Below are positions 55,821 to 64,000 of a DNA stretch of 64,000 bases, in pieces (positions within the stretch are counted from its first letter, which is position 1; each line of letters starts with the position of its first letter). The notes under the pieces were generated by a model. That model did not search any database. It was not told where the DNA came from and was given only the letters and a program-made list of their open reading frames with translations. The stretch is from Anaerolineae bacterium. GTDB taxonomy: Bacteria > Chloroflexota > Anaerolineae > B4-G1 > DUEL01. A program made the position numbers and the translations under genes. The stretch is from the NCBI GenBank assembly GCA_036172315.1, contig JASFBC010000158.1:2045-66044 (forward strand), written 5' to 3'.

Positions 55821-58800
55821 ATGAGCCGCAACCGTTTCTGGACTCTGCCACTGCTGCTGACCCTGCTGCTCAGCATAGTACTTTCCTGCACTCTCCCCTC
55901 CCTTCCCTTCCGCCCGCGCGCCACACCCACCCCCACCGCTCCGCCTCTCCCTCCCACCCACCCCCTCCTCCTGCTCCGCTCCCCGGCGCGGGGCGAAGAG
56001 ACCCCCCTGGACCGGCCCCTCCGCCTGGTCTTTGACCAGCCCATGGACCCCGCCTCGGTCCAGGCTGCGTTCCACATTGAGCCGAAGGTGGAGGGCACCT
56101 TCTCCTGGCCCGACCCGGTCACCCTGGTCTTCACCCCCCGGGGCGAATGGAAGCGGGCCACCCGCTACCGGGTCAAACTGGATACCACGGCCCAATCCGC
56201 CGGGGGCCTTCCCCTGAAGGAGGAGGCGGAGTTCACCTTCGCCACCGTCGGCTACCTGGAAGTGGCCCAGGTTCTCCCGGAGCCGGACGCGCGCGACGTC
56301 CCGCCGAACACACCTGTCACCATCATGTTTAACCGGCCCGTCGTCCCCCTGCAACTGGTCAGCGCGCCGACGGCCGATATGCCCATCCCTCTCCTCTTTG
56401 ACCCACCCGTGGAGGGGACCGGCGAGTGGGTCAACACCTCCATCTACGTCTTTAAGCCCAAGACGGGCTTCGTCCCCGGCAAGACCTACCGGGCCACCGT
56501 CCCCGCTGGCCTCTCCGACACCACTGGTGGCGTCCTGGAGGAGGACTTCTCCTGGCAGTTCACCATTGAGGCCCCCTACGTCCTCTCCGTGGAGCCCGCC
56601 ACCGGCTCCACTCTGGTTCCGCTTACCCAGACCGTCAAAATCACTTTCAGCCAGCCGATGGACCGGGCATCGGCCCAGGCCGCCTTTACCCTGAAGCCCC
56701 TGCGGAGCGAGTCCCGCGTCCCCGGCCGCTTTGAGTGGAGCGATAACGATACGGTGATGACCTTCATCCCCGAGGGACGGCTGGAACTGGATACGGAGTA
56801 CCTGATCACCCTGGAGCAGACGGCCCTTTCCGCGCCGGGCGCGGCGCCGCTGAAGGCCCCGTACAAAGGGTCCTTCCGCACCGTCCCTTACCCTCGCATC
56901 CTCCTCACTACCCCCTCCGACGGGACGAAGGACGCATACCCGGGCACCGAGTTCCAGATCAAATTCTCCGCCCCTATGGACATCTCCACCCTGATGCCCA
57001 ACATCACCATCATCCCCGAACCGACCCGCGTCTACACCTACTGGGACCCGTGGGAGAACACCTTCGTCCTCAACTGGAGTCCGCCCGCCTCCACTTCCTG
57101 GGAGGTTCGTTTAGGTGGCCGTATGGCCGACCCCTACGGCAATACCATCGGCAAGGACACGGTGGTCCGTTTCTCCACCCGCCCCCTGGATCCGGCCGTC
57201 TACCTCCAGGTGCCGGGCAACGTCGGCCTCTACAACGCCTACACGTCCACTTACGTCTACGCGTCCTACGTTAATGTCACCCAGATAGAAGTCTCCCTCT
57301 CCCGGCTGACCTGGGAGGAGTTCCAGCGCTTGACCACCGGCGACTGGTGGTCCGTCTGGGAGGATTTCCGCCCGGCGGAGGAGAACATCATCCGTCGGTG
57401 GGCGATTCCGGTGGAGGCGCCGCTGAACGAGGGTCGCTACAAACGGATTGACCTGGCCGAGGACAAGGGGCCCCTCCCGCCCGGTCTCTACTTCCTGGAG
57501 GTCTCCGCGCCGGAGGCCCGCCGGCACGGCTGGCAACCCTCCCGCCACATCCTGGTCGTCACCCGCACCCATCTGACCCTCAAACTGGCCCCACGGGAGG
57601 CGCTGGTCTGGGCCACCGACCTGGCGACCGGGAAACCCCTCTCCCATCTCCCCATCACCGTCCAGGGCAAAGGTGTGGACGCGCGCGGCACCACCGACGC
57701 CGACGGCATCTTCCGTACCGGCTTCCCGCCCCTGGAGGATCTCTGGGCAACATTCCTGGCCTACTCCGGCGCGCCGGGGGAGCCGAACTTCTCCGTCGTC
57801 CATATAGATTGGTACAACGGCATCGGCCCCTGGGACTTCGGCCTCTTCTCGGAGTTCTACGTCCGCCCCTACCGCATCCACGTCTACACCGACCGGCCCA
57901 TCTACCGGCCCGGCCAGCCCGTCTACTTCCGGGGCATCGTGCGGGCGGAAGATGATGCCCGCTACACCCTTCCCCCCACAGGCGACACCGTCGCCGTCAC
58001 CGTCCGCAACGACCAGGGCGAAGAAATCTACAAGGAGACGCTCCCCCTCTCCGATCTGGGCACCTTCAACGGGCAGTTCACCCTGGCCCCGGAGGCCGGC
58101 CTGGGCTACTATTACATTGAGGTCGCCTACAAAAGGCAGACCGACGGTGTCGGCTTCCAGGTGGCGATGTACCGCCGCCCGGAGTTCCAGGTGACGGTCA
58201 CTCCGGATAAAGAGCAGGTACTGGCGGGCGACAAGATCAACGTGACCGTCCAGGCCACCTACTTCTTCGGCGGCCCCGTCGCCGGCGCGCGGGTCCGCTG
58301 GACCCTGATGACCCAGGACTACTGGTTCCGACCCGACGTCCCCGGCTGGTGGGATTGGACCGACACCAGCCGGTGGGACTGGTGGCAGCCGCAGGAGGTG
58401 CCCGGTTACGGCCGCGTCGTCGCCGACGGCGAAGGGACCACCGACGACCAGGGCCGCTTCCTCTTCTCCGTCCCCGCTGAGATCGGCGACGCCCTCTACA
58501 GCCAGCAGTTCACCGTTGAGGCCACCGTCACCGACATCACGGATCAATCCGTCTCCAACCGGGCCCAGGTCCTGGTCCACAAGGGCCTCTTCTACATCGG
58601 CCTGCGCCCCCAGCAGTATGTAGGTGTCGCTGGTGAGGAACAGAAGGTGGACATCCGCACCGTGGACTGGGAGGGAAGCCCCGTCGCCGGAATCCCCCTC
58701 ACCGTCACCCTCAACCGGCGGGAGTGGCTCAACGTCCAGGAGGAAGACGAGTACGGCAACCTCTATTGGACCTGGACTGTCTCCGACACCGTCGTCGCCA

Positions 58801-61772
58801 CGACCACAGTGACGACCGATGAGAAGGGGGAGGCGACGGTCACCATCACCCCGCCATCGGGCGGGTCCTACATCATCAAGGCCGAAGGGACGGACCAGAA
58901 GGGCAACCGCGTCGTCTCGGCGACATGGCTGTGGGTCTCCGGGCGGGAGTACGTCTCCTGGCGGCAGGAGAACAACGACCGCATCTACCTGATCGCCGAC
59001 AAGCGGGAATACCGCCCCGGCGAGACGGCCCGCATCCTCATCCCCTCCCCCTTCCAGGGCAAGGTGACCGCGCTCTTCACCGTGGAGCGGGGCCACATCA
59101 TCCGGCATTGGGTCCAGACCCTGGCGGGCAATGCGGAGACGATAGACCTGCCTATCACCGCCGAAATGGCCCCCAATGCCTTCGTCTCCGTCGTTCTGGT
59201 CAAGGGGGTAGACGAGACCAATCCGGTCCCCGGCTACCGGCTGGGCTACGTCTCCTTCGGTGTCTCCACCGAGAAGCAGGAGTTGACGGTCCGCATCACC
59301 CCGGACCGGAACATCACGAAAGGCGAACACTACGGCCCGCGCGAGACCGTCAACCTGAACATAGAAGTGACGGACGCCGAGGGGAAGCCGATGGAGGCGG
59401 AAATCGGGCTGGCGGTGGTGGATAAGTCCGTCCTGACGCTGGCCCCGCCCAACGCGCCGTCCGTTGTGGAAGCCTTTTACGGCCAGCGCGGCCTGGGGGT
59501 CCGCACCGCCGACAACCTCTCCATCTCCGTGGACCGCATCAGCGTCCGCATCGCGAAGGAGGCGAAGGGCGGCGGTGGTGGCGCCGAGATGGCTATTATG
59601 GGCGCGGAGTTCATCCGCCAGGAGTTCCCCGATACTGCCTTCTGGGCGCCCTCGGTTCGCACCGACGCAAAGGGTCGGGCCACCGTCTCCTTCCAACTGC
59701 CCGACCAACTGACCACCTGGCACATAGAGGCCCGCGCCGTGGCGCAGGCCGGCAGCCTGCTGGTGGGCCAGACGGAACTGGAATTCCTCTCCACCAAGGA
59801 CCTGCTGGTCCGGCCGGTGACGCCTCGCTTCTTCGTCGTGGGCGACCGGGCGGACCTGGCCGCCGTCGTCCACAACAACACTGACCGCCCGCTGGACGTG
59901 GAGGTCTCCTTGGAGGCGCCGGGCCTGCGGCTGCTGGGCGAAGCGCGCCAGACGGTGACGATTCCCGCGAAGGGGAAGGTGCGGGTGGAGTGGCCGGTAG
60001 AGGTGCCGCGCGACTTCACCGGCGACCGGGCCGACCTGGTCTTCCGGGCCCGGGGCGGCGGCCTCTCCGATGCCACCAAACCCCCGGCCGGCCTCCCGCC
60101 CGACCAGTACCTGCCCGTCTATCGGTACTCGGCGCTGGAGATCGTCGGCACTGCCGGGCAACTGGCCGAGGCCGGCAGCACCCTGGAGGCGGTCGTCCTG
60201 CCGCCGACCATAGACACCACCCAGGGGGACCTGACGGTCAAACTGGAGCCGTCGCTGGCGGCCGGGATGACGGGCGGGCTGAGATACCTGGAGCACTACC
60301 CCTACGAATGCACCGAGCAACTGGTCTCCCGCTTCCTGCCCAACGTCCTCACCTACCGGGCGCTGAAGGAACTGGGCCTGGCGAAACCGGAACTGGAGGC
60401 GAAACTGCGGGAACTGGTCACCTACGCCGTCCAGAAACTCTACCAGCGCCAGCACCCGGACGGCGGCTGGGGCTGGTGGCAGAACGACTCGTCCAGCCCG
60501 CTGACCACCGCCTACGTCATCTTCGGGCTGGTCAAGGCGAAGGAGGCGGGCTTCGCGGTGGAGGAGAAGGTCATCCGGAACGGCGTGGACTATCTGATGA
60601 TGCGGATCCAGCCGGTGGACGAACTGAAAAGCCCCATCCAGGCCAACCGCCAGGCCTTCATCCTCTACGTCCTGGCGGAGGCCGGGCAGGCGCGTGAGGC
60701 GGACCTGGCCAATCTCTACGAGGTGCGCGGGCGGCTGAGTTACTACGGGCGGGCCTACCTGGGCCTGGCGCTGGGCATCCTGAATCCGGAGGACCCGCGC
60801 ATCGGGACCATCATCGCCGATCTGACGAGCGCGGCGGTGATGAGCGGGACAAGCGTCCGCTGGCAGGAGGCGGAGCCGGACCGCTGGAACTGGAACACCG
60901 ACACCCGGACGACAGCCATCGTCCTGGCCCTGCTGGCCCGCTTTGATCCCGGGAACCCGCTGGCGCCGGGGACGGTCCGCTGGCTGATGCGGGCCCGCAC
61001 CGCTGACCACTGGGAGACGACGCAGGAGACGGCCTGGTCGCTGATTGCCCTGACCGACTGGCTGGTGGCGACCCGGGAACTGGAAGGGAACTACGCCTGG
61101 GGCGTGCGGGTCAACGGCCGCGACCTGGGCTCCGGCCAGGTGACCCCGGGAACCGTCCAGGAGGTGACGGAGTTACGGGTGGCGGTCCGGGACCTCTTCC
61201 TGGACCAGGCGAACCGGGTGGAGATCGCCCGGGGCGAAGGGCCGGGCCGGCTCTACTACACCGTCCACCTGCGCGGCTACCTGCCGGTAGAAGAGGTGAA
61301 GGCCCTGAACCGGGGGGTCATCGTGGGGCGGGTCTACGAGCAGGCGAACTGTGAGAAAGACTGCCCGCCCGTCACCGAGGCCCGCGTGGGGGACCTGCTG
61401 CGGGTCCGGCTGACTATCATTGCGCCCACAGACCTGAACTATGTGGTGATAGAGGACCCGTTCCCGGCGGGGACGGACCCGGTGGACACCAGCCTGCAGA
61501 CGACGAGCGTGGTGGGCGAACGGCCAGAGTTGGCCCGCACCGACTGGGAGCGCCGCTGGGGATGGGGCTGGTGGTGGTTCGCCGATACCGACCTGCGGGA
61601 TGAGAAACTGGTGCTGTTTGCCACCGAACTCCCGTGCGGTACCTACGAGTACACCTACCTCCTGCAGGTGGGGCTGGCGGGGGAGTACCGGGTCCTGCCG
61701 CCCACGGCCTACGAGATGTACTTCCCGGAGGTGATGGGCCGGGGGGATGGGGTGGTGTTCACGATCCGCTAA
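55821..61772 (+). CDS. Bacterial alpha-2-macroglobulin family protein (1983 aa) with intact thioester motif and N-terminal SbsA-Ig-like domains; lipoprotein-type signal
   Basis: Signal LLLSIVLSC. Repeated ..L.L.F..PMD..S...A..I.P.. Ig-like modules and MG-domain pattern are present. The thioester motif YPYECTEQ has CTEQ at 60309-60320. The downstream helical TED-like region reads ..GGWGWW... Confidence 0.9.
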   Translation: MSRNRFWTLPLLLTLLLSIVLSCTLPSLPFRPRATPTPTAPPLPPTHPLLLLRSPARGEETPLDRPLRLVFDQPMDPASVQAAFHIEPKVEGTFSWPDPVTLVFTPRGEWKRATRYRVKLDTTAQSAGGLPLKEEAEFTFATVGYLEVAQVLPEPDARDVPPNTPVTIMFNRPVVPLQLVSAPTADMPIPLLFDPPVEGTGEWVNTSIYVFKPKTGFVPGKTYRATVPAGLSDTTGGVLEEDFSWQFTIEAPYVLSVEPATGSTLVPLTQTVKITFSQPMDRASAQAAFTLKPLRSESRVPGRFEWSDNDTVMTFIPEGRLELDTEYLITLEQTALSAPGAAPLKAPYKGSFRTVPYPRILLTTPSDGTKDAYPGTEFQIKFSAPMDISTLMPNITIIPEPTRVYTYWDPWENTFVLNWSPPASTSWEVRLGGRMADPYGNTIGKDTVVRFSTRPLDPAVYLQVPGNVGLYNAYTSTYVYASYVNVTQIEVSLSRLTWEEFQRLTTGDWWSVWEDFRPAEENIIRRWAIPVEAPLNEGRYKRIDLAEDKGPLPPGLYFLEVSAPEARRHGWQPSRHILVVTRTHLTLKLAPREALVWATDLATGKPLSHLPITVQGKGVDARGTTDADGIFRTGFPPLEDLWATFLAYSGAPGEPNFSVVHIDWYNGIGPWDFGLFSEFYVRPYRIHVYTDRPIYRPGQPVYFRGIVRAEDDARYTLPPTGDTVAVTVRNDQGEEIYKETLPLSDLGTFNGQFTLAPEAGLGYYYIEVAYKRQTDGVGFQVAMYRRPEFQVTVTPDKEQVLAGDKINVTVQATYFFGGPVAGARVRWTLMTQDYWFRPDVPGWWDWTDTSRWDWWQPQEVPGYGRVVADGEGTTDDQGRFLFSVPAEIGDALYSQQFTVEATVTDITDQSVSNRAQVLVHKGLFYIGLRPQQYVGVAGEEQKVDIRTVDWEGSPVAGIPLTVTLNRREWLNVQEEDEYGNLYWTWTVSDTVVATTTVTTDEKGEATVTITPPSGGSYIIKAEGTDQKGNRVVSATWLWVSGREYVSWRQENNDRIYLIADKREYRPGETARILIPSPFQGKVTALFTVERGHIIRHWVQTLAGNAETIDLPITAEMAPNAFVSVVLVKGVDETNPVPGYRLGYVSFGVSTEKQELTVRITPDRNITKGEHYGPRETVNLNIEVTDAEGKPMEAEIGLAVVDKSVLTLAPPNAPSVVEAFYGQRGLGVRTADNLSISVDRISVRIAKEAKGGGGGAEMAIMGAEFIRQEFPDTAFWAPSVRTDAKGRATVSFQLPDQLTTWHIEARAVAQAGSLLVGQTELEFLSTKDLLVRPVTPRFFVVGDRADLAAVVHNNTDRPLDVEVSLEAPGLRLLGEARQTVTIPAKGKVRVEWPVEVPRDFTGDRADLVFRARGGGLSDATKPPAGLPPDQYLPVYRYSALEIVGTAGQLAEAGSTLEAVVLPPTIDTTQGDLTVKLEPSLAAGMTGGLRYLEHYPYECTEQLVSRFLPNVLTYRALKELGLAKPELEAKLRELVTYAVQKLYQRQHPDGGWGWWQNDSSSPLTTAYVIFGLVKAKEAGFAVEEKVIRNGVDYLMMRIQPVDELKSPIQANRQAFILYVLAEAGQAREADLANLYEVRGRLSYYGRAYLGLALGILNPEDPRIGTIIADLTSAAVMSGTSVRWQEAEPDRWNWNTDTRTTAIVLALLARFDPGNPLAPGTVRWLMRARTADHWETTQETAWSLIALTDWLVATRELEGNYAWGVRVNGRDLGSGQVTPGTVQEVTELRVAVRDLFLDQANRVEIARGEGPGRLYYTVHLRGYLPVEEVKALNRGVIVGRVYEQANCEKDCPPVTEARVGDLLRVRLTIIAPTDLNYVVIEDPFPAGTDPVDTSLQTTSVVGERPELARTDWERRWGWGWWWFADTDLRDEKLVLFATELPCGTYEYTYLLQVGLAGEYRVLPPTAYEMYFPEVMGRGDGVVFTIR

Positions 61773-61794
61773 CGTGCCCGGCGCTTCTACAGGA

Positions 61795-62439
61795 ATGGCA
61801 CCCAACGAATATCCCCGGCCGATGGTGACGGTGGACGTCGTCATCTTCACCCTGCGGGAGAACGACCTGCAGGTGTTACTGGTCCTGCGGAAGAACCCAC
61901 CCTTCGCCGGGATGTGGGCGATTCCCGGAGGATTTGTGGGCATAGATGAGCCACTGGAGACGGCGGCGTTGCGGGAACTGGAGGAAGAGACCGGCGTCCG
62001 GGACGTCTACGTGGAGCAGTTCCATACGTTTGGCGACCCCGGACGGGACCCGCGCGGGCGGACGATTACCGTGGCGTATCTGGCCCTGGTCCGGGCCGAG
62101 CAGGTTCAACCCCGGGCGGGCGATGATGCCGCCGAGGCCCGCTGGTGGTCCGTATCCGCTCTCCCCCCTCTGGCCTTTGACCACGACCGCATCCTGGCCC
62201 GCGCCCTGGAGCATCTCCGCCACAAACTGGAATGCCCGGCCGTCGTCGCCGGACTTCTGCCGGAGAGGTTCACTCTGAGCGAATTGCAGACGGCTTATGA
62301 AGTCATCCTCGGTAAGAAATTGGACCGAGGGGCCTTTCGCCGCAAAGTCCTGGCCGCTGGAGTCCTCCAGGAGACGGGGAGATACCGGCAGGTAGCCGGT
62401 CGTCCAGCCAAACTGTATCGTGTAAGGAGCCCCCGTTGA
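61795..62439 (+). CDS. Nudix hydrolase fused to a C-terminal winged-helix domain (NrtR-like regulator)
   Basis: Nudix box GGFVGIDEPLETAALRELEEETGV. The C-terminus RFTLSELQTAYEVILGKKLDRGAFRRKVLAAGVLQETG is typical of NrtR wHTH domains. Confidence 0.65.
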   Translation: MAPNEYPRPMVTVDVVIFTLRENDLQVLLVLRKNPPFAGMWAIPGGFVGIDEPLETAALRELEEETGVRDVYVEQFHTFGDPGRDPRGRTITVAYLALVRAEQVQPRAGDDAAEARWWSVSALPPLAFDHDRILARALEHLRHKLECPAVVAGLLPERFTLSELQTAYEVILGKKLDRGAFRRKVLAAGVLQETGRYRQVAGRPAKLYRVRSPR

Positions 62440-63764
62440 AGACTCATCGTGTCGGTATTCTCATCGTACTGGTGATCAGCCTGATCGGGGCGGGATGTGC
62501 CGGACAATCCCCCCACCCTTCCTCTCTATCGGCAACCGTTTCCCTGTACGGCGACCTGGAGAATCTGAACCCGCACGGGGAGGTCATCACCGTCTGGTAC
62601 CCTGCGTCCTATGAGGATGCTTTGCTGGCGATGCTGGACCGGTTCAACGGGACCAACCGGTGGGGGATCGCGGTGCGGGGGGAGCGCCTGGAGAACTCCG
62701 CTACCCTTTACGAGCGCATCCGGAAGGGGGCTTCAGCGAAGAAACTCCCTGACCTGGCCATTGTCTCTCCAGGTTATCTGGCAGCCATCGCGGCGGAAGG
62801 ACTGGCCGTGGAACTGACACCCTACCTGAAGAGCCGCCAGTGGGGATTCCCGGCAGGGGAACTGGAGGGGTTCTTCCCCTCCGTCCTGGAAGTCGGACAA
62901 CTGATCCGACCGTCCGGGCGGTATGGGTTCCCCTTCGCTCTTTCGGCCGGGCTTCTGTTCTATAACCGGGGGCGTCTCCACCAGTTGGGCTACGACCATC
63001 CACCCCGCACGTGGGAAGAGTTCCGGGAAATGGTTTGTACCGCGTCCGACCCGGCCAGCGGTGTTTACGGCTACGAATTTGCCGCCAACGACCGCGCGTT
63101 TATGCGCCTGCTTATCGGCCGGGGCGGTCAGATGATGAACCCCGATGGGACAGAGTATGCTTTCGGGGGTGCGGAGGGCCAGGAGGCGCTGGCGTTTCTG
63201 CAGGCCCTGGTGCAGGGAGGATGTGCTCTCCGGGAGGCTCGCTGGGAGCAGGCGGAGGCGGACTTCGGGGCCGGAGGGGTGCTCTTCGTGCTCAGCAACA
63301 CGGCGCACATCCGGCATTACCGTCAGGTTGCCGCGAAGCGGGGAGGGCTGGATTGGGCTGTGGCGCCTCTGCCGACCTCCTCCGGCGAGCCGGCCGTGGA
63401 CCTTTTCGGCCCTTCCTGGTTCATCCCACCCACCACCCCTCGGCGACAACTGGCGGCCTGGCTGGTGGTCCGCTGGATGAACGAACAACCCCAGCAGGAC
63501 CGCTGGGTATCCGCCTACGGCTACCTTCCCCATCGTCCGCTTTCCCCGGAGGCCCGGGCGGCACTGGTAGAGGAGATTCCCCAATATGCCGACGCCCTCG
63601 CTCTGCTGGAACGGGATGCGGTGGTGGAACCAGCCGTCCCCGGCTATGAGCAGTGTCGGGAGATCCTGGGGGGTATGGTCAGCGCGGTCGTGGGGGGTGA
63701 AGACCCCACATCCCGGTTGAAGGAGGCCGCAGAATCCTGCCAGGCCACTCTGAACGGTCCGTAA
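62436..63764 (+). CDS. ABC transporter substrate-binding lipoprotein, family 1 (sugar-type)
   Basis: TTG start overlaps the upstream stop (TTGA). Lipobox is LIGAGC. About 440 aa with a family-1 SBP-like pattern. Confidence 0.7.
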   Translation: MKTHRVGILIVLVISLIGAGCAGQSPHPSSLSATVSLYGDLENLNPHGEVITVWYPASYEDALLAMLDRFNGTNRWGIAVRGERLENSATLYERIRKGASAKKLPDLAIVSPGYLAAIAAEGLAVELTPYLKSRQWGFPAGELEGFFPSVLEVGQLIRPSGRYGFPFALSAGLLFYNRGRLHQLGYDHPPRTWEEFREMVCTASDPASGVYGYEFAANDRAFMRLLIGRGGQMMNPDGTEYAFGGAEGQEALAFLQALVQGGCALREARWEQAEADFGAGGVLFVLSNTAHIRHYRQVAAKRGGLDWAVAPLPTSSGEPAVDLFGPSWFIPPTTPRRQLAAWLVVRWMNEQPQQDRWVSAYGYLPHRPLSPEARAALVEEIPQYADALALLERDAVVEPAVPGYEQCREILGGMVSAVVGGEDPTSRLKEAAESCQATLNGP

Positions 63765-63776
63765 CGGCTATCTCTT

Positions 63777-64000
63777 TTACGTCCCTTGTCGGGGAAGGGA
63801 GCGGCCCTTTTGCCAATTTTTCAGCACCCGACGGGTAGAGGCAAAAGCCAGCGGCGGAAGTTCGTCCGGCCCGAAGAACTCAACGGTCCGGGCGTCATCT
63901 CCGGCCCGAAGGGTGCCGCCTTCCACTTCCCCCTGGTACACCACGGTGAAATTCGCCTCGCCCGGTAGCCCTTCTCCGGGAAGAACGTCCAGCAAGCCCG
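63777..64000 (-). CDS. Nudix hydrolase family protein, C-terminal part (partial, continues beyond window end)
   Basis: ..FTVVYQGEVEGGTLRAGDDARTVEFFGPDELPPLAFASTRRVLKNW.. is a typical Nudix C-terminal beta-strand/helix pattern. The frame is open to the window edge. Confidence 0.55.
   Translation of the reverse strand, partial: GLLDVLPGEGLPGEANFTVVYQGEVEGGTLRAGDDARTVEFFGPDELPPLAFASTRRVLKNWQKGRSLPRQGT

Noticed and set aside
57111-61010. A 1299-aa ORF on the minus strand, opposite the alpha-2-macroglobulin gene.
   Set aside because: It is Arg/Gly/Pro/Ala-rich and low-complexity, with no recognisable motifs. It lies entirely antisense to a gene with strong family motifs. This is a typical stop-codon-poor shadow ORF of a high-G+C genome.

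Overview
This is a 64-kb, densely coding, high-G+C bacterial chromosomal window. Spot counts of single 60-nt coding lines give about 67 % G+C, but only 50-53 % in the oppB/oppC-like genes. I call about 47 protein genes, two gene remnants and one partial CDS at each end. I recognise no rRNA, tRNA, CRISPR array, transposase or integrase. The gene content (sortase, an SbsA-Ig/alpha-2-macroglobulin giant, ThyX) and the many GC-rich palindromic intergenic repeats give the impression of a Chloroflexota-like thermophile, but I cannot verify that.

Gene order, left to right:
- a SAM methyltransferase
- a decayed GntR-controlled catabolic operon (aminotransferase fragment, 2-hydroxyacid dehydrogenase fragment, SCP2/class II aldolase)
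- a VOC protein
- CbpA-type J-protein, HtrA and a bacterial eRF1-like protein
- trmD coupled to an 819-aa TPR protein
- an orphan xanthine-dehydrogenase-family Mo subunit and an orphan ABC ATPase
- a 1322-aa multi-GAF histidine kinase
- a YeiH/PSE exporter, a membrane HdrD/E-like fusion and a GcvH-like protein
- a lipoprotein
- thyX, a BMP-type ABC importer (no binding protein) and a ROK kinase
- an AlkP-superfamily membrane protein and a GT39-like glycosyltransferase
- two tandem phosphofructokinases
- DUF58 and MoxR
- an Opp/Dpp-type peptide ABC locus, split by a coiled-coil protein and a retropepsin-like protease
- an ECF sigma factor with a putative anti-sigma factor
- a Nudix protein, an alpha/beta hydrolase and holA
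- a small HxxxH membrane protein, a sortase and alaS
- a 1983-aa thioester alpha-2-macroglobulin
- an NrtR-like Nudix regulator, a sugar-type binding protein and a partial Nudix gene.

Most interesting observations:
1. An orphan GcvH-like lipoyl protein sits in an operon with a single-polypeptide membrane HdrD/E-type oxidoreductase.
2. The J-protein/HtrA/baeRF1 genes look like one operon.
3. A two-gene cassette splits the opp locus, and its coiled-coil gene carries 3 x 84-bp near-identical in-frame repeats.
4. A low-G+C triple tandem repeat carrying seven 10-bp-phased ATCTGCG heptamers lies in the leader of the tandem PFK genes.
5. There are at least four families of short dispersed structured repeats, including one filled-site versus empty-site pair with an apparent target-site duplication.

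All family calls rest on motifs read by eye. No database search was run.
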